Part shown: one piece after another, positions 27,560 through 40,330 of the stretch | How the letters are laid out: every line of letters begins with the position of its first letter | Position numbering within the stretch: position 1 is the stretch's first letter | Assembly: GCA_044892505.1 (NCBI GenBank) | Contig: CM097883.1 | Location: 423,956,001 to 424,020,000, forward strand | DNA length: 64,000 nucleotides | DNA from: Schmidtea nova | Taxonomy: Eukaryota | Reading direction: 5' to 3' | Notes under the pieces: generated by a model | Database searches by the model: none | What the model was told of the DNA's origin: nothing | Seen by the model: only the letters and a program-made list of their open reading frames with translations | Position numbers and translations under genes: made by a program

Positions 27560-29103
27560 CATCATTTAATATCGGATTTTTATTTAAAAAGACCCAATTG
27601 GTTTATTTTTCTATCATTTTTATTTTTAAATAGTAAATTTGTTTTGATAGACTCATTTTAGTACTTACATATTGATTGACTGCTTGAAATAATGTGCATT
27701 TTTGTTTAAAGCTGTAGCGGTAAAATATTTGAAGAAAATCTAAAATCGGTATTTTCTTTGAATAAATATGTCTGATAGATCAAGAAACAGGATAAACTCA
27801 GCAGAAACATCAATGCATGCAATTAATTAATAGAGATTAATAAAAAACGAAAGAAAATTCTTGTGAATCTTGTACCGTTAATGATCTTATAAATTGTTTA
27901 ATATATATGGTGAAATTAAAGTTACAACATATTTAAAAAAAAGAAATCATAAAAAGTCAAGTTTTTCTAAAAAGATTTTACTATTTTCAACTATATAAAA
28001 ATATGCAAAAAAAAGAAAATTTAAAATATAGTCAGTCGACTACGCTTAATATCAAGACATTGGTGCAGAAAATAACCGTGATATTAACCGATGGTGATAT
28101 TAAGTGAATAGTAATAATTGATGACTAAAAATATAAAAGACAAAATTCAATAATATCCAAAAATATTAATATGTTAGTTAACTTTAATTAACCAATCAAT
28201 TAAACATTTTTGCTGTTTGGTCAATCCTGAATTAAAAAATGCGGTGGATTTTGTTAAATATAATTTTATGCGTTTTTACAATATTTTTGTGTTAAGAAGG
28301 TTAATTTTGTTTAAAAGAGAAAATAGAAAATGTTTAGAGAAAATGAAATGATTTTTTGGAACTGATTGTTATTTTGTTAATAAATTTTATTAGTAAATAA
28401 AAATGTTAGCCTTTTTATCCTTAAAAATGGAATTCAAAGAGAATTATGATGAGAACGAAATAATAGAATGAACTTGGCTTTCAAGACGAGTGTTTTCAGT
28501 GTTTTCAGTTAAAAAATAATTGCAATACTTTGAGAGAATTCGTGATTTGGCCAGCCTAAAAGGTCTCCACCAACTTAAAGGTCTTATAAGTTTTGAAAAC
28601 CAATTATAATTGTTTCTATAATAAAAATTATAATTTTACATTTAAACGACATAAGAAATGAAATAATATCTTTATTATTGAATTAATGTTTGCTGGAATA
28701 ATACAGTTTCAATTTTACTTTTTTTTAATATTAAATAAACTAAAATAATTCCGAAAAAATTATTTTCATCGAAAAACTTCTTTAATATTTTTTTGCTTTT
28801 CCTTAATATTTATGTTTAGATGTATGTGTACATTTTAACGTTTGAAAATTTTTGATTTTTAAATAAAATAAAGTCCCTTTTTTATTCTCAGAATGAACAT
28901 AATATAAAATAATATTTCAAAATTTTATATTTAAACGGTTTGTTTCGAGATGTGTGAAAATTTGTACTGTTTAATCACGTTTTCATGACCTCAAATCATT
29001 TATAATTGTTACCAATCTGTTCAAAAAAATATTTTTGTCATTGGTAAATTGCATACAGTATAAAATATAAGAAGATTTATTAATATTAATATTATTATTA
29101 ATA

Positions 29104-29179
<76 letters not shown>

Positions 29180-29336
29180 TTATTTTTTGAATTAAATGAT
29201 GTTGTTTGTATTAAGACGAAGTTGAAAATTCTGTTGAAATTTCTGGACCGTTCAACATAGAACAAATTCAACAGTATCTTATACGTTTGTTTTTTTAAAA
29301 TTAATAATATTTTTGATTCATCCATTTCTTTGATAG

Positions 29337-29623
29337 AAGATTTAAAACCATGTGTTCAATCACTCGAAAAGATGGTTTTGAGTGCTACAGATAGATCAAT
29401 ACTCTGTGCAAATCCTGATCTTGACAACATTAACAATATTACAGCAATATCATCAACATACGATTCACCAAGGACAATCGTAAATGACAACTCATTACAA
29501 TATAAAGCGTTCCATTTTGAAAAGTCCAACAATTCTAGACCAATGAAGCGACTAAACAACCATTTAGTTGGTGATTGTAAATCTCCGAATTCCATCAAAC
29601 GCGGTAGATTGTTGGATAGGAAG
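29337..29623 (+). CDS. NFI: Probable next NFI exon (Ser/Asn-rich linker); 3' end undetermined because it runs into masked sequence
   Basis: Acceptor tttgatag at 29335-36 is phase 1 and compatible with the previous donor (G+AA = Glu, giving QNQ-E-DLKPCVQ). The frame is open to the N-run starting at 29624. A possible donor cgcg|gtagat lies at 29604. Confidence 0.68.
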
Positions 29624-30005
29624 NNNNNNNNNNNNNNNNNNNNNNNNNNNNNNNNNNNNNNNNNNNNNNNNNNNNNNNNNNNNNNNNNNNNNNNNNNNNN
29701 NNNNNNNNNNNNNNNNNNNNNNNNNNNNNNNNNNNNNNNNNNNNNNNNNNNNNNNNNNNNNNNNNNNNNNNNNNNNNNNNNNNNNNNNNNNNNNNNNNNN
29801 NNNNNNNNNNNNNNNNNNNNNNNNNNNNNNNNNNNNNNNNNNNNNNNNNNNNNNNNNNNNNNNNNNNNNNNNNNNNNNNNNNNNNNNNNNNNNNNNNNNN
29901 NNNNNNNNNNNNNNNNNNNNNNNNNNNNNNNNNNNNAGCATTAAGTATTAAATTAATTAATAAATAAGTAACAAAATAAGCCTTTGCTGCAAAAATAATT
30001 TTATT

Positions 30006-30102
30006 AAGTGAGAAAATTTTCGATTATAAAATAATTCTCGTCAATCACTGATTGATTATTTTATATTTCTGAGGATTATCTTATAATCGAAATCTTTCTC
30101 AC
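30006..30102. ncRNA. Head-to-head pair of degenerate hammerhead motifs (inverted pLTR-like junction)
   Basis: Minus 30050-30007: agtga-TTGACGA-g-aattat ttt ataatc-GAAA-attt-TC-tcact. Plus 30069-30102: CTGA-g-GATTAT ctt ATAATC-GAAA-tctt-TC-tcac. The inverted repeat extends 29986-30040 versus 30066-30124. Confidence 0.55.
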
Positions 30103-30539
30103 CTAATAAAATTATTTTTGCAGCNNNNNNNNNNNNNNNNNNNNNNNNNNNNNNNNNNNNNNNNNNNNNNNNNNNNNNNNNNNNNNNNNNNNNNNNNNNN
30201 NNNNNNNNNNNNNNNNNNNNNNNNNNNNNNNNNNNNNNNNNNNNNNNNNNNNNNNNNNNNNNNATAATTATTTTATCTGCGTTTTTTAGGCAATGGATCA
30301 ACTTTCTTTTTCTCCCATTCAACAAACATTTTCGTAATTGTCTTTTTATAAATATTTAAAATGTTAGAAAAAAATAATCTACTGTTTTAAAAACTAAAAA
30401 GTATAGATATTATTATTATGAAATGAAAATAAAAGCAATTTACTGTACTTTATATTTAAGGTTTATTATTATAAGAAGTTAATTTAGGATGAGTTATATA
30501 ATTTCCTTTAATATTCACAATAATATTATTTTCATTTTA

Positions 30540-31050
30540 TGAGAGATTGACTTTTGTCTCCAAATTCAGTTAAATTTCCTATCGTCTTCCGAATAATCTA
30601 TAAATCAAGAATATTTTATCCCCTCATGGGAAAGATAAATTATTCTATAATTTCAGGGGGTTATAATGTACATAATCTTTTATAGGTATGTAATGTTTCT
30701 GCTTTTTTGTATGTTTGATTTCATTTATTTTGTACTGTCATTTTCAAATCAAATATCCCTAAAAGTTGCATTTTTAAAGTTCCCCATCACTTTTCTTTTT
30801 CACTCCAACTGGATTTATTAATTTTTTTAATAATTGTTGTAGACATTTGGATAAATTTGCTTTTAAATATCTATAAGAATGTTTATATTTTTGAAAGGGT
30901 TAGAGTTAGAAATAATTTGATAAACATTTATTTTATTTTCCTAATAGATATTCCATTATAGACAATGTTTTCCATTTTTTATTGTTTAATTCTTTATGCG
31001 CTTTAAAGCTGTTTTGATAACTTCGATCGTAAACATTTGACCATAAGAAC
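30540..31050 (-). mobile_element. Possible degenerate LINE RT N-terminal fragment
   Basis: FTIEVIKTALKRIKN resembles the FT..EI..ALK.MKN start of LINE RTs; the rest is heavily decayed. Confidence 0.4.
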
Positions 31051-33405
31051 TAAAGAAATAAAAATAAGAAAAAGAAAAGAGAGCTAAATATATCATGTGA
31101 AGTAGAAAGATTCAAATATTTTTAGACGTCTGAATTCTCCAAGATATATTTTAGAATCGTTAATTAACCTTTAACATTTGCAATAATTTATTTCCTTACC
31201 TGCATTCATTAAGTAATTTTGATGATTATCAAATATTTGATTTTTTTATCAAATGTTATTTGTTTTCCTGACTTTTCCTGAAAACTGAAATATCAAAACG
31301 TTATTAGGTTTGTTTGTCAAAGGAAAGACTATATAAATGTTGAAGAGCGTCATTCCATGACTAATACTAGCATTGTTAACATGAGTAAATATGAAGGAAA
31401 TTCGAAGGAAAAGTGCAAAATGAATTGAAAAAATACCCGTGAGAAAGTCATCAGAAAGATCCTATAAAATGGTTGTTATGGAATGCTTTTATTTATGAAA
31501 GCGAAGAAGTTAATATTTAAATGGTGAATATCATGTAAAAATAATCTTCTTTATTGGTCTTATTTGGTCTTTTCTTTTCTTATTTCTTTTCAGGATTTAC
31601 ATTTATTTAACACAAAATTTCGGAACGACCTTTTGTAGATAGAAAGACTCCCAAAAGTTGGTATTAATTTATTAAAATATTGATTTATAATGTATAAATA
31701 AATGCAAAGCAAAGTAATGACCCGTTTTTACTATATAAAATAACACGAAATTTATTTATATTACAATGTTTCTTGACTTCAATCAGAGCCTTAAGGAGGC
31801 TCCCTGCGAGATTTCAGAATCAGGCTTCTTGGGTAAATGCTTAATGGAAACATGCAAGGAAACAAAGTGACAAAATCTTTTGCGCAACATTTCAGAGGGG
31901 ATCCGGACTTGTACCCCGTGTACGCCCCTACATTTCAAATAAATGATCTTCCGAACCTCTGTGAATGTGTTTGCACGAGTTTGAAAGAGTGATTGTTAAA
32001 CTAAAACCAATTTTAAAGTATCATAAAAATCTTTTAGGAAGTTGATTTATAGCGCAATAAACTAGACTTGTCTAGTTCTAAATTTTGTATAATTAACAAA
32101 ATTCACGAAAATGCGCATGAAGCGCTCGAGAGGGGCTGAAAGTGTGAAAAACTGTACTTTTGGTGACAAATTATTTTCCAAACTATCCTGTATAGATTTC
32201 TGGTAACAGAAGATTTGTAAAATTTGCTTTTGGTTGCTAAGATAGTAAGTCTTTAGAATGAGACTAGACTAGTCTGCGGTGGATTTACAAAATACTATCA
32301 ATTAAACACCACAGTATTGTTTGGGATCTAGGTCACTTTCTAAAATGTCATTCTGACTTCTTCCATACTTGTATTCTATAATTTATTCTAAAAAAAGGTG
32401 GTAAACTTGTACCCATTATATTTATGGGCCCCATTGTTTTTGGGGCCCATTGCAACCGCAAGTGATGAAGGACGATAGGCGATTGCTCTTCTTCAGCCAG
32501 CCATCAAAATCTATGTTTAATCTTATATAAATAAAAAATGACATTATACGATTATGAAACAATAATATAACTAAATACTCGAAAAAAATTATTTGTTGAT
32601 TGAATATTAATTGAAAGGGATTGTGTTATTATCAAATTGTGACTCACGAAAAAAACAGCAAATTTAGCAGATTTGTAATTTGTTCTCCGTGGATTCCAAA
32701 AATTATTGGAACAGAATCTTATAATTGTCTAAATTAAATTTATTTAATCAAAATATGTGAAAACTTTTGTATTTTTAGACAACGTTGTGAAATTTGGCTG
32801 AAACATAAAACAATCATTCAAACAGAAAAATACGAAAATTGAATTAGTAAAAATAAAAAAAAACATTTACTTGCCCAAAACTCTAGAAGCCATTATAGAC
32901 AATCTTATTAGTATTATAAATTTTTCAAAAAAAAATATGAAGTTACTTAAAAAATTTATCTCACATTAAACAATGAGAACGGCATGACAATCATCTATCT
33001 TCACTAATTTATTTTCCATTTTTCTATTGACACTTTTCAGTTGGACTGTGACTCTTGATATCCGCCTTATAAATGGATATTAAAACATGTTCGCAGATTA
33101 AATGAATATTCTTTAATTTTACAGAAATTATTCAATTTAAATAATGCTTTTTAATTAGTTTTTTTTTCATTTTTTCTCTTTTCAAAAGCTGGCTTCCTTT
33201 TATGAAATTTTTAACGGTTACTATTTTGTTTTAACAATAAAGGAACTGTTAGCTTAAGGGAGGTAATAAAATTAAAAAAGTATAAATTAAAGAATTATTG
33301 GAATATCATGGGGCTCGTAATAAATGATGCGTGTTTATAAAAATTCTTTGTAAATTAGTTCATAAATTAATGAGATCTAACAAATATTATATTTTATATA
33401 ATATA

Positions 33406-33621
33406 CCGTATTTGCCGGTGTATAAGACCCCCTTTTTACATATATTCAGTGATGAAAAATCTAGGGGGTCTTATACAACGGATGCAAAAAGTGATCCCGA
33501 GTGGACTCACAAGCCAGCTTCAACCATTGGATGTTTCGATTAATAAACCTTTCAAATTGGCAAGGCGAGAAGAGTGGTGCAAATGGATGCACGAGGGGGT
33601 CTTATACACCGGCAAATACGG
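33406..33621 (+). mobile_element. pogo/Tigger-type internally deleted element (216 bp)
   Basis: Perfect 28-bp TIR ccgtatttgccggtgtataagaccccct with TA on both sides. The interior encodes VIPSGLTSQLQPLDVSINKPFK, a pogo DDE motif. Confidence 0.9.
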
Positions 33622-34018
33622 TAACGTTCATTTGATGAAATAAGCACAGGAATAACAAAATTAAAAACAAGTATACAAGTTTATTCGTTTAAACAAGCCA
33701 TTTTGATAAAATTCTTTAATTTTCGTCACCTATGATTTTTTTTCAATTTTAAATATCTTCAAAATATTTTAGATAATAAATCAAATTTTCGGCAATTTAT
33801 TTATTCTCTTTTTTCTTTCTTTCTAAGGAAGAAGGCAGTGTTGAAAAATCTGTGCTAAATAGAAAAGCTTTGATCTATTATGTAAAAAAAGGAAATATCA
33901 AGCGATCGTGTTCTACACATAATTTATACAACTTTACGACTACTGTTTTATGACATTATATAAACGTTATTTATCTTTGGTAGGAAAAGTAATCTTACAG
34001 AATTTAGAGGATAATTTC

Positions 34019-34560
34019 CTAACAATTTCTAACAAACTTCAAAAGCGTAATTGATTCTATGTCATTACCGTCAAACTTATGACACCATAATGACACAATG
34101 TTAACATCCAAACCTTCTATAGCACAAATTATATTTGTCATCTCTGTTGCATTCGACCCATTTTCTAATAATGTTGCATCAAGCTCGAAGTTACAGATTT
34201 TCCAACCAAAGCTGTCGAGTGCTTTTTGGAGGTCTTTTGGGTCCTTCATGTGAAGAATATCCGCAGCCAGTTTTGCTCAACTTTTTTTATAAAAAATTAT
34301 ATGGTCATCATATGTTGATATCATATTGATAATTGACCTTCTGCATGTTATTTGATAACTTTAAAAGTGGTATTCTCATATGAGAAGAAATAATTGTCGA
34401 ATAAAAATTAATTTCGATTTGGATGGCTTGATAGAGGATATTTCCATTTCTATGATGTGAACAAACAATAAACAGTTTGGGCCTGGGTTCATCTCTAATC
34501 TGTGATTCGGATTTCTTCCATACTTAAACTCTATAATTTACTGTAAAAAATGTGGGTAAA
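34019..34560 (-). mobile_element. Degenerate LINE RT fragment
   Basis: PGPNCLLFVH (LGPLLFLLFIND-like), DLQKALDSFGW and FDGNDIESITLLKFV (ING..IE.V...KYLG-like). Confidence 0.55.
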
Positions 34561-36036
34561 CTTTTCCCCATCATATTTATGGAACCTCGTTGTTTCTGAA
34601 GTCCCCTGCAACGGTGAGCGTGATGCAGGTGGGGAGGCAACGGCTCTGCTTCCAACAACTATTATCTTTCTGTATTTTCACTTATGATTGTTTCTTTCTT
34701 ATTGTCATTTTTTGTTGTTGCAAAGTCTATCCAAATATTTTGGCAAAAATAAATTTTCTTTATCCAAACTAATTATTAAAGCTCAATGTTGCATAAAACA
34801 AAGCATTCCAATTATAATCTTTTGTATTTCCTTCTCAGTCGACAAAATGATAATTATTTTTAACTATTTTTATTAGACCACACTTAAAATTAAAACAAAA
34901 CTGGACGACAATTTTATTAAATTTAAAATAGTTTACAATGAAATAAAAAATAAATAAATTTAGTAAATTTGTCTTATTATTTTTTATATAACTTCAATTT
35001 AACAAATGTTAATTAGATTAAATAACTACTCAAAAATATTGTTTTTCAATGTTTTTTAGACAATAGATCAAAAAAATATTTTCCCCTCCTATTTATTATT
35101 AAATTTTAAATAAAAAAAATATTTTTGATCTAGTATCTGAAAAAACTCTAAAATATATGTTTCATAAAATAATTTCTTATTCTTTTGACAACATTTTCTC
35201 AACTCGTTCATTTCTCCTAATTTAAATTTTTAACTTTTCCGTTTTCAACTTAAAAAATCCAAGATATTCTAGAAAAATAAAATAAATACATATCACAAAT
35301 ATATTTTGCCAGAATTAAAAGTAATTGTTTTAAATTTAACTTGTAATGATCAACATTGAAAATGTTAAATTGTGCAAATTAAGGTGCCAAAATCGATAAA
35401 ACTAAAATATTTCAAAAAATTATTTTATTCCAAATTTAAAAATAAAATAAAAAGTGTTTTTGTTAATTAGAGTAAGATTTGTAAATAAATTAATTTCAAT
35501 AAACAATTGTAAACATTATTAAATCATTTATTGAACTCAATATGGATTCCAGATAACAATTAAAACAATCCATTAAAATTTTCCAAATTGGTAACATTTT
35601 ATCTCAGACAATTGTTTATTTGATTCCCATAATAATATTAAAACAAAGTTTTGTAAAGTGCTTAATTTCGAATTTAAAAGCAATTTAGACATCTAAATGG
35701 ATTTTAAGAAAAACTAATTAAAAAGTTTTTTTTTACAAAAATAATTTTGTTTTAATATATAAATTAAATTTTTTTAAATTTTATTTCTGTATTTCCATTA
35801 ACCAGAGATTTTCTTTAATTATAATTAATATTAAATTAATTTTAAAATTATTTAAATCTTCATAAAATTCAAGTAAGATGTTTTTTTGGCTTGATTGGTA
35901 ATAGATTGGAATAACATGCAATTGACAAACCTCCTAAGACAACTATTGAATGAGGTCGAGTTAGGAAACTGAAATCGTTTCTTATAATTTTAAAATAAAA
36001 AGAATTTTAATTTTAATATTACTATTAATTTTTTAG

Positions 36037-37112
36037 TCCTCCACTTCTAATGACAGACATTACTCCTGTTACTAGTGGATACTTAAAAAATGCATCAGTC
36101 CCAATTCCAACAATGAATACCAAATCGAATTCTAATAATATAAATCCACATCTAAATGGTTGCAATCTTAACGGTATTAACAGATCTGATCCCCATTCAA
36201 TAACCAATTCATTCCCAAATTTTTATCACAATCATGCGCCAAATCATAATCCTTCAAATCATCATCCCTCAATGAATTTGTGCTCCCCCAATCCCAATCC
36301 CAGGTATATGTATCAAAATCTCGGAAATCACAAATCAAATCCATTCCATCACAACCTCCATCATCCTTTTATTCCAGGAACTGGATCCCATACCTTTCCA
36401 CCTTTATTTCCATCCTCCTCCAATATTCCTGATCCTGGCAATTCAATTAAACATCATCATAGATTTTCCCCACTTTCATCTCCCCGACACGGATCAATGG
36501 ATCACTTACCCTTATCATTAACGCCAACAAAAAATAATCGCCATGGTCATAACTCCAATATAATCCATCCAGTCTCCGTGCCATACTATCCATCGTCTCA
36601 AACTCCATCGATCTTTCCATTTCGCCACAACCCATTTGAATCAATGCCTCCACTTGGTTTTTCCCGTTTTCAGTCTCCTAAGAAACCACATTTCAACAAT
36701 ATTCATCGTCCGATTCCCGAGCCAGCTACAACGTGTGCAATGCCAAAATTGGGCAATTCCAATATCCAACCGAACTTTGAAGAAGATACTCCATTGATTG
36801 ATGAAAGCTTACCAAATGAATCTTTCAGCAAAAGATCTAATGAAATAGAAAAGAATCCCTCTCCGATTGAAGAAGACAGTGTAAACGCTTCGTCATCAGT
36901 ACCTGAAAACAGCAATACTAGTACTACAACAACATCGAGAAAAAGTAACAATGTCACTCCATCACAGACCCCTAGAAAACCTGCTAAAAAACGATTAGAG
37001 GCTCGTACACCGACATTCGACAAAAATGACGAAAATCAAGGAAACTCGTCGTTGGATTTTTCAGCCTCAACTGGATCCGCATTTAGACTCGTTCACAAAA
37101 GCAAATCGATCA
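36037..37112 (+). CDS. NFI: Large low-complexity His/Pro/Asn/Ser-rich exon, probable NFI C-terminal transactivation region
   Basis: A 363-codon open frame in otherwise stop-dense DNA. Acceptor ttttttag at 36035-36 (phase 2; alternative gacag at 36055-56 is phase 1) and strong donor ATCA|gtgagt at 37113. Same strand as and downstream of the DNA-binding exons. Linkage to NFI is inferred, not shown by homology. Confidence 0.72.
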
Positions 37113-38019
37113 GTGAGTATTTAATTACTTGTTTTAATTAATGATACGATTTTGAAATGAAAAAAAAAACATTAAAAATTCATGTTTTTCATATTTAACT
37201 TTATTAGAAAACATTACCAAGTCTGTCTTTTTTTCTCTAATAAAATCAAAAACGCCTCCGGCAGTTGATGTGCTTCTAGTTCGCAATGAGAATGCAAGTT
37301 GCGATAAGAAGATATATTCGACTAATGTTATAAATTACACATTTTATTTGATTTTTTGATTTAATTTTTTTTGTAATAATTTTTTTTCTTTTTTTTAAAA
37401 TTAATACTTCTTTCTCGAATTTATTTAATAGAATTTTGTAAATTTTTCATGGAGTGTTTTTTCAGTTTCTTTAAATGTCTTACTTAATTGGAGGCTGTTT
37501 GATAAATATGCTTTGTAATTAGCTCATATGATGAGAATAGTATTTTGAGGCATTTATTATTACACGATGTATATAATATACACTGACTGTATATGAAAAA
37601 GTAATAATTGTTTATATCTTATCACTACAGCATCACAGAAAAAAAATCCCTTCTCCTGAGGATTGTAACCAAGGATTAGAAAAGGATGATTAAAACTTAG
37701 AATTTTCATTTTCAGAACTATCTTTAATAGTCATGATTTACCATATTTTATTATCTTTAAATGAAGATTCTTCTTATCAAATAGAGTTGCGAGGTTTCCT
37801 TGACAAGTTTCTTATAAAATTCATCGTCAAGGTAGCAAACGTACGACATTATACTCTGGTTATAAGGTAAAGTGGATCCATCTAGTTGAAGAGATATTAT
37901 AATAATATTATAACTTCAATGATCTTTTGGCTTATATTTCAAAAATTTGATAAATTTTTAAAAGATGAAAGTATTACTAAATTTTTTAGCTAAGTTTTTA
38001 CAATATTCCATTATAATAA

Positions 38020-38050
<31 letters not shown>

Positions 38051-38060
38051 AATATCATAA

Positions 38061-38343
38061 TTATCTTTTTTCACCTTTGATCTTTTTTTATTATTATTAT
38101 CAATAATTCTCATAATGCTGACTATAGATCACAATTTGTTTTATAAACAATAACACAATATTTCTACACAGCCTTTATCAAGTGTGTATTTAAAAAATAT
38201 AAAAAATATACTATCAATAATTCTCATAATGACTATAGATCAAAATTTTTTTTTTTTATAAACAATAACACAATATTTCGACACAGCCTTTATCAAGTGT
38301 AAAATTATTGATAATTATAAAAAAAAAGATCAAAGGTGAAAAA
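38061..38343. mobile_element. Foldback-family copy with two inner modules in direct tandem between inverted outer modules
   Basis: Order is outer(+), inner(+), inner(+), outer(-). The inner module caataattctcataatgactatagatc...cacagcctttatcaagtgt occurs twice. Confidence 0.8.
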
Positions 38344-39118
38344 NNNNNNNNNNNNNNNNNNNNNNNNNNNNNNNNNNNNNNNNNNNNNNNNNNNNNNNNN
38401 NNNNNNNNNNNNNNNNNNNNNNNNNNNNNNNNNNNNNNNNNNNNNNNNNNNNNNNNNNNNNNNNNNNNNNNNNNNNNNNNNNNNNNNNNNNNNNNNNNNN
38501 NNNNNNNNNNNNNNNNNNNNNNNNNNNNNNNNNNNNNNNNNNNNNNNNNNNNNNNNNNNNNNNNNNNNNNNNNNNNNNNNNNNNNNNNNNNNNNNNNNNN
38601 NNNNNNNNNNNNNNNNNNNNNNNNNNNNNNNNNNNNNNNNNNNNNNNNNNNNNNNNNNNNNNNNNNNNNNNNNNNNNNNNNNNNNNNNNNNNNNNNNNNN
38701 NNNNNNNNNNNNNNNNNNNNNNNNNNNNNNNNNNNNNNNNNNNNNNNNNNNNNNNNNNNNNNNNNNNNNNNNNNNNNNNNNNNNNNNNNNNNNNNNNNNN
38801 NNNNGATCATTAAACACAAAACATAGATCAAGAGACTGGTTAACTGATCATATGGACAAAGATATACAAATATATACAAATTTGTGAAATTGTATATTGT
38901 ATATAAAATTGAAAATGGTGGAAAAACTGACAAAATAAATAGTATTTGATATTTACACTACTATTCTGTCTGAAATTTTCAATTAATCTTTATAGAAGGG
39001 TTCTCTACCTTTTTAAGTTGGATCAATCTAAAAAATTGTTACATGTTTATTTTGGTTTATGAAAAAATTATTCAAATGATAGTAAAATTTTTAATTTATT
39101 ATTGAATCCGATTTCTAC

Positions 39119-39160
39119 TAACAGACTAGTTTCGAGCTTATTTGGCTCTTTTCAGTACCA
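39119..39160 (-). ncRNA. Hammerhead motif with G8A core change (CTAG stem-III family)
   Basis: tggta-CTGAAAA-GAGC caaataa GCTC-GAAA-CTAG-TC-tgtta. Same family as the 63917-63960 motif. Confidence 0.6.
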
Positions 39161-40330
39161 TTTAAGGAACTCATTTGGAATCTTACCAAGTGACTTGGTA
39201 GCCTGGCCCCATATTCACTATGTCAATAGAATGTATCTAATATCTCAATGTTTTCTACAACTCTGATCTTACAAACTAGGCATATGAGAAACTCATATCG
39301 TCCCTGTTGAATTTAATATAAAATTAATAAATATCTGTATTTATTACTCAATTTGTGGCACCTTGGTTGAGAACAACTAGTCTAAGGATTCTGAAATATT
39401 GAGTTCAGAACAAAATCAAGAAATTTTATATTACATTTTTGGTAACATTTTGTGCAGTGTATATTTTCCCTACAAAGGCAAATAATAGAATTAAATATCT
39501 TTTTTTCCCAAAGTAGTTTGATTATCCGTAAAGCAGTGCATTTAATTAAGTAATAAAAATAATTTACTTGTGGCAAACTAAAACAAAATTGTTGCGTAGA
39601 ATTATGTAATCACCAGTTTAACAAGACTTGTGGATACAATTTGTTTTGATAAAAATTCAAAGATTTGTTTTACCATACAAAAAAACAGATTTAAATTTGA
39701 ATAGATTCTCATCATAGAAATCTAAATTTCAGTTTGAAATCTAATTTAATTTTTTATGAATCATCAGTTATTTTTCGATTTCAAATATAGTTAATTTTTT
39801 TCCTGGTGAATTTCTTTTTGAAAAATCTAGATTTTCTATAGAAAATTTATTTTCAGAGAAAATTTTACATTTGTTAATTACTAGAGCCACCCATTAATTT
39901 ATAAACGTTATCTATATATATATTTGAAAATAATTAAATATTCTTTTAACGTAAACATTTTTATATAAATAACTCATCGGGGAATCAGTAAAGGGTTAAA
40001 AACCGGCGAAGAGGTTCCGAATATTATAATAATATTTCTTATTGAAAAATTAAGCTTGTTTTATTTTACCCATAACACCAAAAATAATAATTTATTTCAA
40101 TGTTTTTATTGTTATTATTCAATATTGTACTCGTTTAATATGATATGTGCAAAGACCTAAAGGTTTGAAGATCACTATATTAGTCTAAAAAAGTCTATTT
40201 AAGATTGTTTTAGGTGAGTTTAATACTCAACAAAACAAGCATAAAATTCAATAGAACATGGACCTAAAAATGCTTCTTTAAAAATTTATATCTCACAAAC
40301 TTTGAGTAAAACTAAAACTAATATTAATAT

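Noticed and set aside
37208-37880. Two candidate terminal NFI exons (acceptors at 37207 and 37715, both phase-1 compatible, ~50 open codons)
   Set aside because: No homology or compositional support to choose either; left unannotated.
39975-40000. agggttaa piggyBac-like end
   Set aside because: No matching opposite end was identified.
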